Below are positions 36,298 through 44,313 of a stretch of 64,000 bases of DNA, in pieces. The stretch lies in assembly GCA_040876345.1 (NCBI GenBank), contig JBBDPM010000001.1, forward strand, positions 270,313 to 334,312. Reading direction: 5' to 3'. The notes beneath the pieces are model-generated. The model was not told the DNA's origin, made no database searches, and worked only from the letters and a program-made list of their open reading frames with translations. Every line of letters starts with the position of its first letter. Position 1 is the first letter of the stretch. The DNA is from Candidatus Woykebacteria bacterium (GTDB lineage: Bacteria > Patescibacteriota > Microgenomatia > Woykebacterales > RBG-16-39-9b). The position numbers and the translations under genes are program-made.

Positions 36298-37395
36298 ATG
36301 GTAATTAGTAAATCTACAGAACATCGACCTGATTTTATTTTGCTCTTCACTAGTATTGTTCTTCTCCTTTTTGGACTTTTAATGGTTTATAACGCTTCTC
36401 CTGTCACGGCCCTTAGGGATTTTGGAGATCCATTTTATTTAGCAAGGCTACAACTTATTTGGACACTAGTTGCCGTGGTAGCTGGTATTGTTGCCTACAA
36501 AATTAATTATAAGATTTTCGAGCAGTTTGCGCCGATTTTTATGATTGGGGCAATACTCCTCTTGCTTGCAGTGTTTATTCCCGGCTTTGGAGTAAAAATC
36601 TATGGGGCCCAGCGTTGGATTAGCGTTGGTGGGATTTTTTCGATTCAGCCAGCCGAAATTGCTAAACTTGCCTATGTAGCCTATTTGGCTGCATTATTTT
36701 CAAAAAAACTGAAACTTACCCCCTTCCTAGTGGTTACAGCCTTAGTAGCCGCGATTGTACTGCTTCAGAGAGATTTGGGTACGACTGTGGTTATCTCCAC
36801 TGTCGGGCTGATAATGTATTTTTTGGCAGAAGCCCCACTAGCCCATTTTTTCACGATAATACCAGTTGGTATTTTAGCTGCCGCCGTCTTTGTTCTTGGA
36901 TCTGATTACAGAAGAAGTCGCCTTCTAAGTTTTCTTGATCCGACGCAAGACCCCCAGGGGACTTCCTACCACATAAATCAGATACTTATCGCCTTGGGTT
37001 CTGGAGGGATCTTTGGAGTGGGTCTAGGACAGTCGAGGCAAAAATATGGTTTTATTCCAGAGGTTACTACAGATTCAATTTTTGCGATAGTTGGAAACGA
37101 GTTTGGATTCATCGGATCTTTGATTCTAATAATTTTATTTGCGATTATAATAATTAGGGGTTTTCAAATCGCTAAGGGCACCAACGACAGGTTTGGAAAA
37201 TTATTGGCTTTGGGTATCACTTCATGGATTGGTGTCCAAACTTTTATTAATCTTGCCGGAATGGTGGCGCTTTTACCTCTTACTGGAATTCCACTACCAT
37301 TCATTTCTTACGGCGGTAGCTCACTAGTATCGGTTATAATGTCTGTTGGAATTCTTTTGAATATTTCCAAATACACCAGTAAGAATACACGATAG
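36298..37395 (+). CDS. ftsW: SEDS-family peptidoglycan glycosyltransferase FtsW
   Basis: 10 TM, GxSRQKYGFIPE, PLPFISYGGSS motifs; between murD and murG. Confidence 0.85.
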   Translation: MVISKSTEHRPDFILLFTSIVLLLFGLLMVYNASPVTALRDFGDPFYLARLQLIWTLVAVVAGIVAYKINYKIFEQFAPIFMIGAILLLLAVFIPGFGVKIYGAQRWISVGGIFSIQPAEIAKLAYVAYLAALFSKKLKLTPFLVVTALVAAIVLLQRDLGTTVVISTVGLIMYFLAEAPLAHFFTIIPVGILAAAVFVLGSDYRRSRLLSFLDPTQDPQGTSYHINQILIALGSGGIFGVGLGQSRQKYGFIPEVTTDSIFAIVGNEFGFIGSLILIILFAIIIIRGFQIAKGTNDRFGKLLALGITSWIGVQTFINLAGMVALLPLTGIPLPFISYGGSSLVSVIMSVGILLNISKYTSKNTR

Positions 37396-37411
37396 TATAT
37401 AATATCTAGTT

Positions 37412-38521
37412 ATGAAAATTGCACTTAGTGGTGGGCACCTAACTCCGGCGCTTGCCGTAATTGACGAGTTTAAAAAAATGGCTAATGTTGAGATTATTTT
37501 TATTGGTAGAGCGCGCTCAACCGAGGGGGACGTGACGCCAAGTGCAGAATCGGTTGTGATTCCAAATTTAGGAATAAAGTTTTACGCAATTTCCGCAGGT
37601 AGGCTGCAGCGCCATTTAAGTTTGTATACTATTCCAAGTATAGCAAAAGTGCCTCTGGGAGTTATTCAATCCCTTGCGATTTTGGGCAAGGAAAAGCCAG
37701 ATATCATTATTTCCTTTGGAAGCTATGTTGCCCTACCGGTGGTTTTTTCAGGTTGGATCTTAGGAATTCCAACAATTACTCACGAGCAAACACTTAAAGG
37801 AGGGCTCGCGAATAAATTTATAACAAGATTTGCTAAAAAAATTGCGCTTTCTTGGGAAGAATCAAGAAAATACTTTCCAGGGGAAAAAACGGTAGTGGTT
37901 GGTAATCCGATAAGAAAGGAAATTTTAAATCTCAAGAGAGTTAGAACAAGCCGTCCGGTAATTTTTATTACTGGAGGCAATCAGGGGGCTCACATTATAA
38001 ACGAAACAGTTGGCGATGTTTTGCCTGATTTGTTGAAAAAATATGAAGTAGTTCATCAAACTGGTGGAAGTGAAGCTTTTAAGGATTACGAAAAGCTCAA
38101 GGCAGCTTCATCAATTTTGCCCAAAAGATTTCAAAACCGATATATTATTGAAAAATGGTTTAGTTCCGAGGAGATTTCTAAAATTCTCGCCAAGACCAGT
38201 GTTCTAGTTGGAAGATCAGGAGCAAATACAGTAAGTGAGACAGCTGCTCTTGGGGTACCGGCTATTTTCATTCCTTTGCCCCATTCTGCGGGTGGTGAGC
38301 AGACTATAAACGCGCAGATTTTGGAGAATCTTCAAGCGGCTGTAATTCTTCCGCAAGAGAGATTAACACCAAAAAGACTTTTAAATTCAGTAGACCATGT
38401 TGTTAAGAATTATAATCTGTTTAAAGGTAAAGCGCGGGAGGCAAGGAAAATAATAGACCCGAAAGCCGCTAAAAAACTAGTTGAAGAAACCCTGGCAGTC
38501 GCCAAATTATATGTTAAATAG
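37412..38521 (+). CDS. murG: UDP-GlcNAc:lipid I N-acetylglucosaminyltransferase
   Basis: KIALSGGHLTPALAV N-term, GGNQGAH, GRSGANTVSE motifs. Confidence 0.85.
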   Translation: MKIALSGGHLTPALAVIDEFKKMANVEIIFIGRARSTEGDVTPSAESVVIPNLGIKFYAISAGRLQRHLSLYTIPSIAKVPLGVIQSLAILGKEKPDIIISFGSYVALPVVFSGWILGIPTITHEQTLKGGLANKFITRFAKKIALSWEESRKYFPGEKTVVVGNPIRKEILNLKRVRTSRPVIFITGGNQGAHIINETVGDVLPDLLKKYEVVHQTGGSEAFKDYEKLKAASSILPKRFQNRYIIEKWFSSEEISKILAKTSVLVGRSGANTVSETAALGVPAIFIPLPHSAGGEQTINAQILENLQAAVILPQERLTPKRLLNSVDHVVKNYNLFKGKAREARKIIDPKAAKKLVEETLAVAKLYVK

Positions 38522-39008
38522 AAGAAAGAAATTCTTAAAAAGGGGCGCGCCTCGGTTCGTCCAAATTGAGAAACCCCATACCAAAGCACGTAATAAACTA
38601 ATTTTTGTCGAGGTCTTACTCGTCTTAGTTGTTCTGGTTGGGATTGCCTACGGAGTAGTGAGAGTAACTAAGGTATCGTTACCCAATATTATTCACAACG
38701 CCTTTAGTGATGTTATCCCCAAATCTCCAATTGCAAATAGAAAAGAGGTTGTTGAGAGCAAGGCTACCCAGATTATTAAATCTTTGCCAGCCGGGCTCTT
38801 TTCTCTAAAAAAAGAATTATCAAGAACGGATGATAAATTAGTTATCAGTTCAAAGGAAGGAGTGACGGCAGTTTTTTCACTTAAAAAGGATGCTGCTTCC
38901 CAGCTTACTACTTTACAAAATCTTTTAACTAAAGCTAAAATAAATAAGAGGAAGATCGAAAAGATAGATTTTCGTTTTGATAAGTTGGTGGTCGTATACA
39001 AAAAATGA
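38511..39008 (+). CDS. FtsQ/DivIB-like small bitopic protein
   Basis: basic N-tail, one TM, short periplasmic domain; positional (murG-X-ftsA) evidence only; start set to ATG 38511. Confidence 0.4.
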   Translation: MLNRRKKFLKRGAPRFVQIEKPHTKARNKLIFVEVLLVLVVLVGIAYGVVRVTKVSLPNIIHNAFSDVIPKSPIANRKEVVESKATQIIKSLPAGLFSLKKELSRTDDKLVISSKEGVTAVFSLKKDAASQLTTLQNLLTKAKINKRKIEKIDFRFDKLVVVYKK

Positions 39009-39114
39009 CGCCCTGACCGACATAGAGTTTGGTGTGGGTGCAGCGTTTTCACATCCGATGTGTGATAAACTCAATAAGGAACTTAAAAATTAACATCCAT
39101 TGATTTAGAGACTG

Positions 39115-40431
39115 TTGGATGGAATACAATTGGGGAAAGTTGTGGCCAAAGAAAGAATAATTGTTGGAATAGACTCAGGGTCTTCAAAAATTGCAACTGT
39201 AGTCGCTAGTTTAGCTTCTGAGGGGGCACTTACGGTAATTGGTGTTTCAACTGTTGCCTCAAAGGGTATTAGAAAGGGGCAGGTGGTGGATATTGATGAG
39301 GCAGTAAGTGCGATGTCTGAGAGCCTTGAACAGGCAGAGCGGATGGCTGGTGTATCTATTGGTAGTGCCTTTGTTTCGGTTGGTGGCTCCCACATAAGTT
39401 CAGTCAATTCTCGAGGTGTGGTAGCCGTTGCCGGTGGAGAAAATGAAATTGCCGAAGAAGATGTCCAGAGAGTTACTGAAGCGGCCAGGGCAATTTCAAT
39501 TCCATCCAGCAGGGAAATAATTCATGTTATTCCCAGAGAGTTCGTGGTTGATTCTCAGGAAGGGATAAAAGATCCGGTCGGAATGACGGGTGTTCGGCTA
39601 GAAGTGGAGACTCATATCATATCTGGCGCAACAACCTCAATGAGAAACTTAGTGAAATGTATTCAGCAAGTGGGTATTGATGTGGAAGGACTGGTTTTTT
39701 CAGGGGTGGCATCTGCCGAAAGCACTCTTACCGACACCGAAAAGGAGTTGGGAGTTGCTCTAGTGGATATCGGCGGGGGCACAACTGATGTCGCCTTTTT
39801 TGTAGACGGATCAATTTCTCATTCAGTAGTAATTCCGATTGGTGGTAAAAATATAACAAATGATCTGGCAATTGGACTGCGCAGCTCTTTAGAAACAGCC
39901 GAGAAGATTAAAGTTGCTCTTAGTGACCAGTCTAAAAAAGTCTATCCCAAAGAGGAAAGTGAGGATAGCGAGAGCAAGCATGAAAGAAAAGATGATACTT
40001 TGGACCTTTCTAAAATTGGTATAACGGAAGATATTGGAACAGTGTCTAAGAAAACCTTGCTAGATGGGATCATTAAGCCCCGTCTCGTAGAAATTTTTAC
40101 CCTTATCGGTATGGAGATTAAGCGTTCTGGTTTCGCTGGACTACTGCCTGCTGGAATTGTAATAACTGGTGGCTCCGCTAAGACTTACGGTATTGAGGCT
40201 GTCGGTAAAGAAGTTCTAAGGATGCCGACCAGAGTGGCTGAGCCTTCGGGTGTGGGTGGCATAATTGATGAAATTTCATCCCCAGAATATTCAACCGCTG
40301 TTGGCCTACTTTCTTACGGCGAGAAAGTGACAGAGACGTCCTTTGGTCTCAGTCTAACAATAGGTAAGGGGTTTGCAGCTGCCAATTTGATAAAAAATTT
40401 GCTTCGTTGGCTACGCTCCTTTCTACCCTAG
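39115..40431 (+). CDS. ftsA: cell division protein FtsA
   Basis: actin-like ATPase motifs VGIDSGSSK, DIGGGTTD, C-terminal amphipathic tail. Confidence 0.9.
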   Translation: MDGIQLGKVVAKERIIVGIDSGSSKIATVVASLASEGALTVIGVSTVASKGIRKGQVVDIDEAVSAMSESLEQAERMAGVSIGSAFVSVGGSHISSVNSRGVVAVAGGENEIAEEDVQRVTEAARAISIPSSREIIHVIPREFVVDSQEGIKDPVGMTGVRLEVETHIISGATTSMRNLVKCIQQVGIDVEGLVFSGVASAESTLTDTEKELGVALVDIGGGTTDVAFFVDGSISHSVVIPIGGKNITNDLAIGLRSSLETAEKIKVALSDQSKKVYPKEESEDSESKHERKDDTLDLSKIGITEDIGTVSKKTLLDGIIKPRLVEIFTLIGMEIKRSGFAGLLPAGIVITGGSAKTYGIEAVGKEVLRMPTRVAEPSGVGGIIDEISSPEYSTAVGLLSYGEKVTETSFGLSLTIGKGFAAANLIKNLLRWLRSFLP

Positions 40432-40479
40432 ACTTAGCTTGACAAACGTAACAAATTAGTTATACTCTTTCTGCTACAT

Positions 40480-41562
40480 ATGCTGATCAAACCAGAAGTA
40501 AATCGGTTTGCCAAGATTAAAGTTATTGGAATTGGTGGTGCGGGGTGCAACGCCCTGAATTCAATGATTAGCCTCCAACAAATCCAGGGGGTTGATTTTA
40601 TTGGTGTTAATACCGATGCCCAGGCACTTCTTACTTGCCAAGCCCCAACAAAGGTTCAAATAGGAGAGCAACTTACCCGCGGTTTAGGTTCTGGAGGCGA
40701 TCCGGAGATGGGTAGAAAAGCTGCTGAAGAATCAGTGGAAAAACTCTTAGAGATAGTTGCAGATTCTGATATGGTTTTTGTTACAGCTGGTATGGGTGGT
40801 GGTACTGGCACGGGAGCATCCCCGGCTATAGCTGAAGCTGCCAGGAAAAGTGGCGCTCTCACAGTGGCGGTAGTGACAAAGCCCTTCGCTTTTGAAGGAG
40901 CTCACCGAAGGATTGTGTCAGAAGAAGGTGTCGACAACCTGAAAGACAAAGTTGACACCATGATTGTTATCCCCAACCAGAGGCTTCTTGACGTGGTAGA
41001 TAAGAAAATGAGCCTGCTAGAAGCTTTTAAAGTAGCTGATTCGGTGCTCGGTCAAGGAGTTCAAGGAATATCCGACATAATAGTAATGCCAGGGCTAATA
41101 AATGTAGATTTTGCTGATGTGCGCACTATCATGACTAATGCCGGCAGTGCTCTTATGGGTATTGGTTTTGGCTCAAGTGAAGGAAAAGCAGCGTCAGCCG
41201 CCAGAAGTGCGATCGCCTCTCCACTTCTTGAAGTTTCAATTGAAGGCGCCAAAGGAATACTCTTTAATGTTACTGGTGGGCCAGACCTTTCAATGTTTGA
41301 GGTTGATGAGGCTGCAAAAATTATCTCTTCAGCTGCAAATTCAGATGCCAATATTATTTTTGGCGCCGCTATTGATGACGCTATGGTAGATCAAGTGAAA
41401 ATTACTGTTATTGCAACAGGATTTTCCGAAGATAAACTTCGTTCAATTGAAGCAAGGGAAGCAGCTGAAGCCCTCCCGAGCATGTCTGAGGGTTCCGAAG
41501 AAGGCGAAGAAAAGAAAGAAGAAGACGAATTTGATATTCCGACATTTATGCGCCAACGCTAG
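40480..41562 (+). CDS. ftsZ: cell division GTPase FtsZ
   Basis: GIGGAGCNA, GGGTGTG tubulin signature, C-terminal DIPTFMR tail. Confidence 0.95.
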   Translation: MLIKPEVNRFAKIKVIGIGGAGCNALNSMISLQQIQGVDFIGVNTDAQALLTCQAPTKVQIGEQLTRGLGSGGDPEMGRKAAEESVEKLLEIVADSDMVFVTAGMGGGTGTGASPAIAEAARKSGALTVAVVTKPFAFEGAHRRIVSEEGVDNLKDKVDTMIVIPNQRLLDVVDKKMSLLEAFKVADSVLGQGVQGISDIIVMPGLINVDFADVRTIMTNAGSALMGIGFGSSEGKAASAARSAIASPLLEVSIEGAKGILFNVTGGPDLSMFEVDEAAKIISSAANSDANIIFGAAIDDAMVDQVKITVIATGFSEDKLRSIEAREAAEALPSMSEGSEEGEEKKEEDEFDIPTFMRQR

Positions 41563-41571
41563 GTTTCAGGT

Positions 41572-42112
41572 TCACCACCTCGCAGATACTCTCTTTTTTA
41601 ATTTTTCGTAAAAGTTTTCTCTTAGTCCAATCATTATCACAACCGCAGAGTTTAGCTTAGGATAAATCACGTAAGCTACTCTATATTGCTTACCTTGATA
41701 AGAAAAGTGGGTAGGAGCGATAAACAGAAAGGCCACCTTTTAAAGGCTCTCCAACCGACGGGTCTTCAGAAATAGTCTTTAGTGATTGTAAGACTTTGTC
41801 TTTAAATTGCTTATCTAATTTGCGAAAATCCTTTTGAGCGGCTTTTTCTAGATTGATTGAGTACATTTACACTTCTTGGAGAAGTTTTTCGATGGGAACG
41901 GTGTCTGCAAGGGGGTCTTTTTTGGTAAGTAGAGAACGAACTCTAGACTTTAATTCGTCACTAAAATCTCTGTCAGAAAGAATATCCAACCCTTCGGCTT
42001 CCTGAGGCGAAAGTTTCTTAAACCTCTCCCAAGGCACAAGAACATACGAAGGCTTACCCTACTTATCAAGGACGATTTTTGATTTTGTAGCTAGAGTTGT
42101 TTTATAAGTCAT
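41572..42112 (-). pseudogene. decayed type II toxin-antitoxin pair: antitoxin with in-frame TAG (41867-42112) plus RelE/ParE-family toxin with +1 frameshift (41572-41866)
   Basis: minus-strand translations MTYKTTLATKSKIVLDK*GKPSYVLVPWERFKKLSPQEAEGL... and MYSINLEKAAQKDFRKLDKQFKDKVLQSLKTISEDPSVGEPLKGGLSVYRSY..(shift)..GKQYRVAYVIYPKLNSAVVIMIGLRENFY (RelE/ParE core). Confidence 0.5.
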
Positions 42113-42203
42113 ACTAAAATTATAATATCATAGTATAAAATTTTAAGAAAGAACAACATTGTGTGACGCGAACAATGTATCCTGACCATATTGAAATTAA
42201 GGC

Positions 42204-42219
42204 TTGACTGGGGGGGGGG
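42204..42219 (+). repeat. TTGACT followed by G10 homopolymeric tract in promoter region of paralog 3
   Basis: gggggggggg at 42210-42219 directly abutting a -35-like hexamer. Confidence 0.6.
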
Positions 42220-42279
42220 CAGGACGAATTAAAATTAAAACAGTTGATTATTTACTAGAACTTTTTATATACTAAAACT

Positions 42280-42999
42280 ATGCCAGAGAACACTAACCAA
42301 CCAACACCAACTCAACCAGCATCACAAGGAATTAATTGGAAAAATATCCTTATTGGAGTAATTATTGGTGCAGTTCTAGTTGGTGGTGGAGGCTTTCTAG
42401 TTTACAACGCCTATCAACCCAGGAAAGAAGAGCTAATCCAAACTACCACAACTCCAACAAAAACAGCGATGCCATCTGCTTCAAAAGATAAGTCTGGTAA
42501 GTGTGATACCTATTCAAATAAGGTTGTGGGAGTAGAATTTAAATGCCCAGAGGGCTGGTTTTTTGAAGAAACTACGATACATGAAGTTAAAACAGTAGGT
42601 CTTTCAGACAAACCTTTTGACTACGAAGGTAAAGATAATATTATGATTACTATAAATACTGGAGATAATAGCAATGACGCTAAATTCAGATTCAGGGACG
42701 TGGAAGAATTAAAAATTGGTGCAACGGAGACACGCAAACCAGATTCGGATAACCCGTACACAGCAAAGACAACTAGATTGGCGGACGTCGAACTTGGTGG
42801 GGTTAAAGGTTTGCAATTTGAAGAAATTGATATTCCAGTGAGTAAGAAGGAGGATATTACACCATACAATTTATACATCTACTTTAAGCGAAACGACGAA
42901 TACGGAGACATCAGTTTAACAGTTAGAGGTGAAACTACTTATAAATCTGCAAAGGAAATACTGAAAGAAATTCTTTCAACCTTCAAATTCCTCGACTAA
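42280..42999 (+). CDS. paralog-family member 3 (ends ...ILSTFKFLD)
   Basis: Pro/Thr-rich N-tail, TM (ILIGVIIGAVLVGGGGFLVYNAY), C-terminal domain ending KEILKEILSTFKFLD. Confidence 0.5.
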   Translation: MPENTNQPTPTQPASQGINWKNILIGVIIGAVLVGGGGFLVYNAYQPRKEELIQTTTTPTKTAMPSASKDKSGKCDTYSNKVVGVEFKCPEGWFFEETTIHEVKTVGLSDKPFDYEGKDNIMITINTGDNSNDAKFRFRDVEELKIGATETRKPDSDNPYTAKTTRLADVELGGVKGLQFEEIDIPVSKKEDITPYNLYIYFKRNDEYGDISLTVRGETTYKSAKEILKEILSTFKFLD

Positions 43000-43387
43000 G
43001 CCTTTTAGTTTTGGTGCCAGTCCTGTAACTACGTTTTAGTGGGTTGACTACGTTAATGTTAAGTACTATATTAGAAATAATTAAAGTGATTTCTTAGTAT
43101 TAATTGATATAGCAAGAATAAGACGAATTAGATATTCCAGCGTTTATTCGGCAAAGATAGCCCCTATAATCTTCCTACAAGTTACTTATCTTCCAAATAA
43201 CATTAATTTAGCCTAAAAACCACGTCGCTTATCGCTTATTGCCCAACATTTTAGTAAATTTGCTTGAAAGACGTATAATAATCCATGACAACAGCGAAAC
43301 CTGTTGGTAAAAGATAGAGATCGAAATTGCGGTAGTCTTGAGGAGGCTTGCTGTCAAGCTTCCGAGCACCTGCGAGGGAGGTGACTT

Positions 43388-43642
43388 GTGTCACGCAGGA
43401 TAATCGTCATAACCGTCTCCAGGGAGTGGTGGGTGATTATTGGATTCATTCTGCTACTCATTGCCTTTCAGATAGGATGCAGCTTCCTAATCGGAAAGGT
43501 GTTTCAAGAGTTGCAGGAACCGCCGCTGGCCATACCAGTTGTGCTGGTGGTAGTAAGCCCCGCACTCACCCTCCTCTTCTACCGGCTTGCTGAAAGGAGG
43601 GCCGATATACAGATCAACCGTTGTACAGAACCCGATTTCTGA
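43388..43642 (+). CDS. hypothetical 84-aa two-TM membrane protein in a GC-rich island
   Basis: GTG start preceded by GGAGG-6nt; two clean hydrophobic helices (WWVIIGFILLLIAFQIGCSFLIG, AIPVVLVVVSPALTLLFY); TATAAT at ~43273 and hairpin leader; GC clearly above flanks. Confidence 0.35.
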   Translation: MSRRIIVITVSREWWVIIGFILLLIAFQIGCSFLIGKVFQELQEPPLAIPVVLVVVSPALTLLFYRLAERRADIQINRCTEPDF

Positions 43643-43670
43643 TCAGCGGCCCAACTAGTAGCGGTGCTAA

Positions 43671-43709
43671 GAGCGTCTTCTTGGTTGAGGACGCTCTTCT
43701 CGCTTTTGG
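43671..43709 (+). terminator. intrinsic terminator (GAGCGTC-loop-GACGCTC + T-rich tail)
   Basis: 7-bp GC-rich stem, 12-nt loop, followed by TTCTCGCTTTTGG. Confidence 0.5.
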
Positions 43710-43865
43710 ATACAGAGTTAGCCTCTAGTTAGGTCGTTGGGTTGACACTTGAGTATTTTCCAGCTATATTTTAAACAATGTCTAAAACTGCTCAAGACCC
43801 GCTTTTTTTAATTTCTTCAAGTAGTTCTGCAAGGTATGTTATCCTAAATTTCACAAGAGAGGAGG

Positions 43866-44198
43866 TTGAAAATTATGGCTGATGCACCAGTTCAGGTGCC
43901 GCAAACACCCCAAGCCCCACAAACACCACCGGTCTCACAAGTTGTTCAGGGAGGTGGTAAGGGTATATCGTGGGGAAAAGTGATACTAACCGTAGTAATT
44001 ATTGTAGTTGTAACGGCTGCTATAGCCGGGGCTTTATGGTATTTTGTATTAAACAAAACTTCGGATAGTGAAGAGTCTTTAGGTAACGTCAGAATAACCA
44101 CCCCCAAGACTACCGCTTCAACAGACTCCGCTACGAAGTCGGCGACAAAATCCGCTGAAGCTACTAAATCTGCTACAAAGTCTGCAAACAGCGAATAG
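43866..44198 (+). CDS. paralog-family member 4, truncated (110 aa: N-tail + TM + S/T/K-rich repeats KSATKSAEATKSATKSA, no globular domain)
   Basis: shares ISWGKVILTVVIIVVV...WYFVLNKTSDSEE block; strong promoter TTGACA-17-TATATT (43742-43770) and GAGGAGG SD. Confidence 0.45.
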   Translation: MKIMADAPVQVPQTPQAPQTPPVSQVVQGGGKGISWGKVILTVVIIVVVTAAIAGALWYFVLNKTSDSEESLGNVRITTPKTTASTDSATKSATKSAEATKSATKSANSE

Positions 44199-44203
44199 TT
44201 TTA

Positions 44204-44313
44204 GGGCCCACAGTTAATTTACATGTTGACAAAGGGGTGGACTTATTTGATAGAATGATGGTGGGCCCCTAAACCAAGTATAACTTGGACCCCTCTAAAG
44301 GAGGCCTTTTTTC
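44204..44313 (+). promoter_or_regulatory. pyrG promoter (TTGACA 44226-31, TAGAAT 44251-56) bracketed by 8-bp inverted repeat GGGCCCAC/GTGGGCCC; predicted transcript starts GGGCCCC
   Basis: seen directly; leader contains CCCCUCU-AAA-GGAGG hairpin + U6 upstream of ATG. Confidence 0.4.

Noticed and set aside
43321-43700. RNase P RNA or tmRNA in the GC-rich island (ACAGAACCCG matches P4 3'-strand consensus)
   Set aside because: The complementary 5' P4 strand (GGAAAGUC...-type) could not be found in the right order, and there is no tRNA-like 3' end or GGGG 5' end for tmRNA. A GGAGG-GTG ORF with two clean TM helices fits better. Kept as an alternative in findings pending Rfam search.
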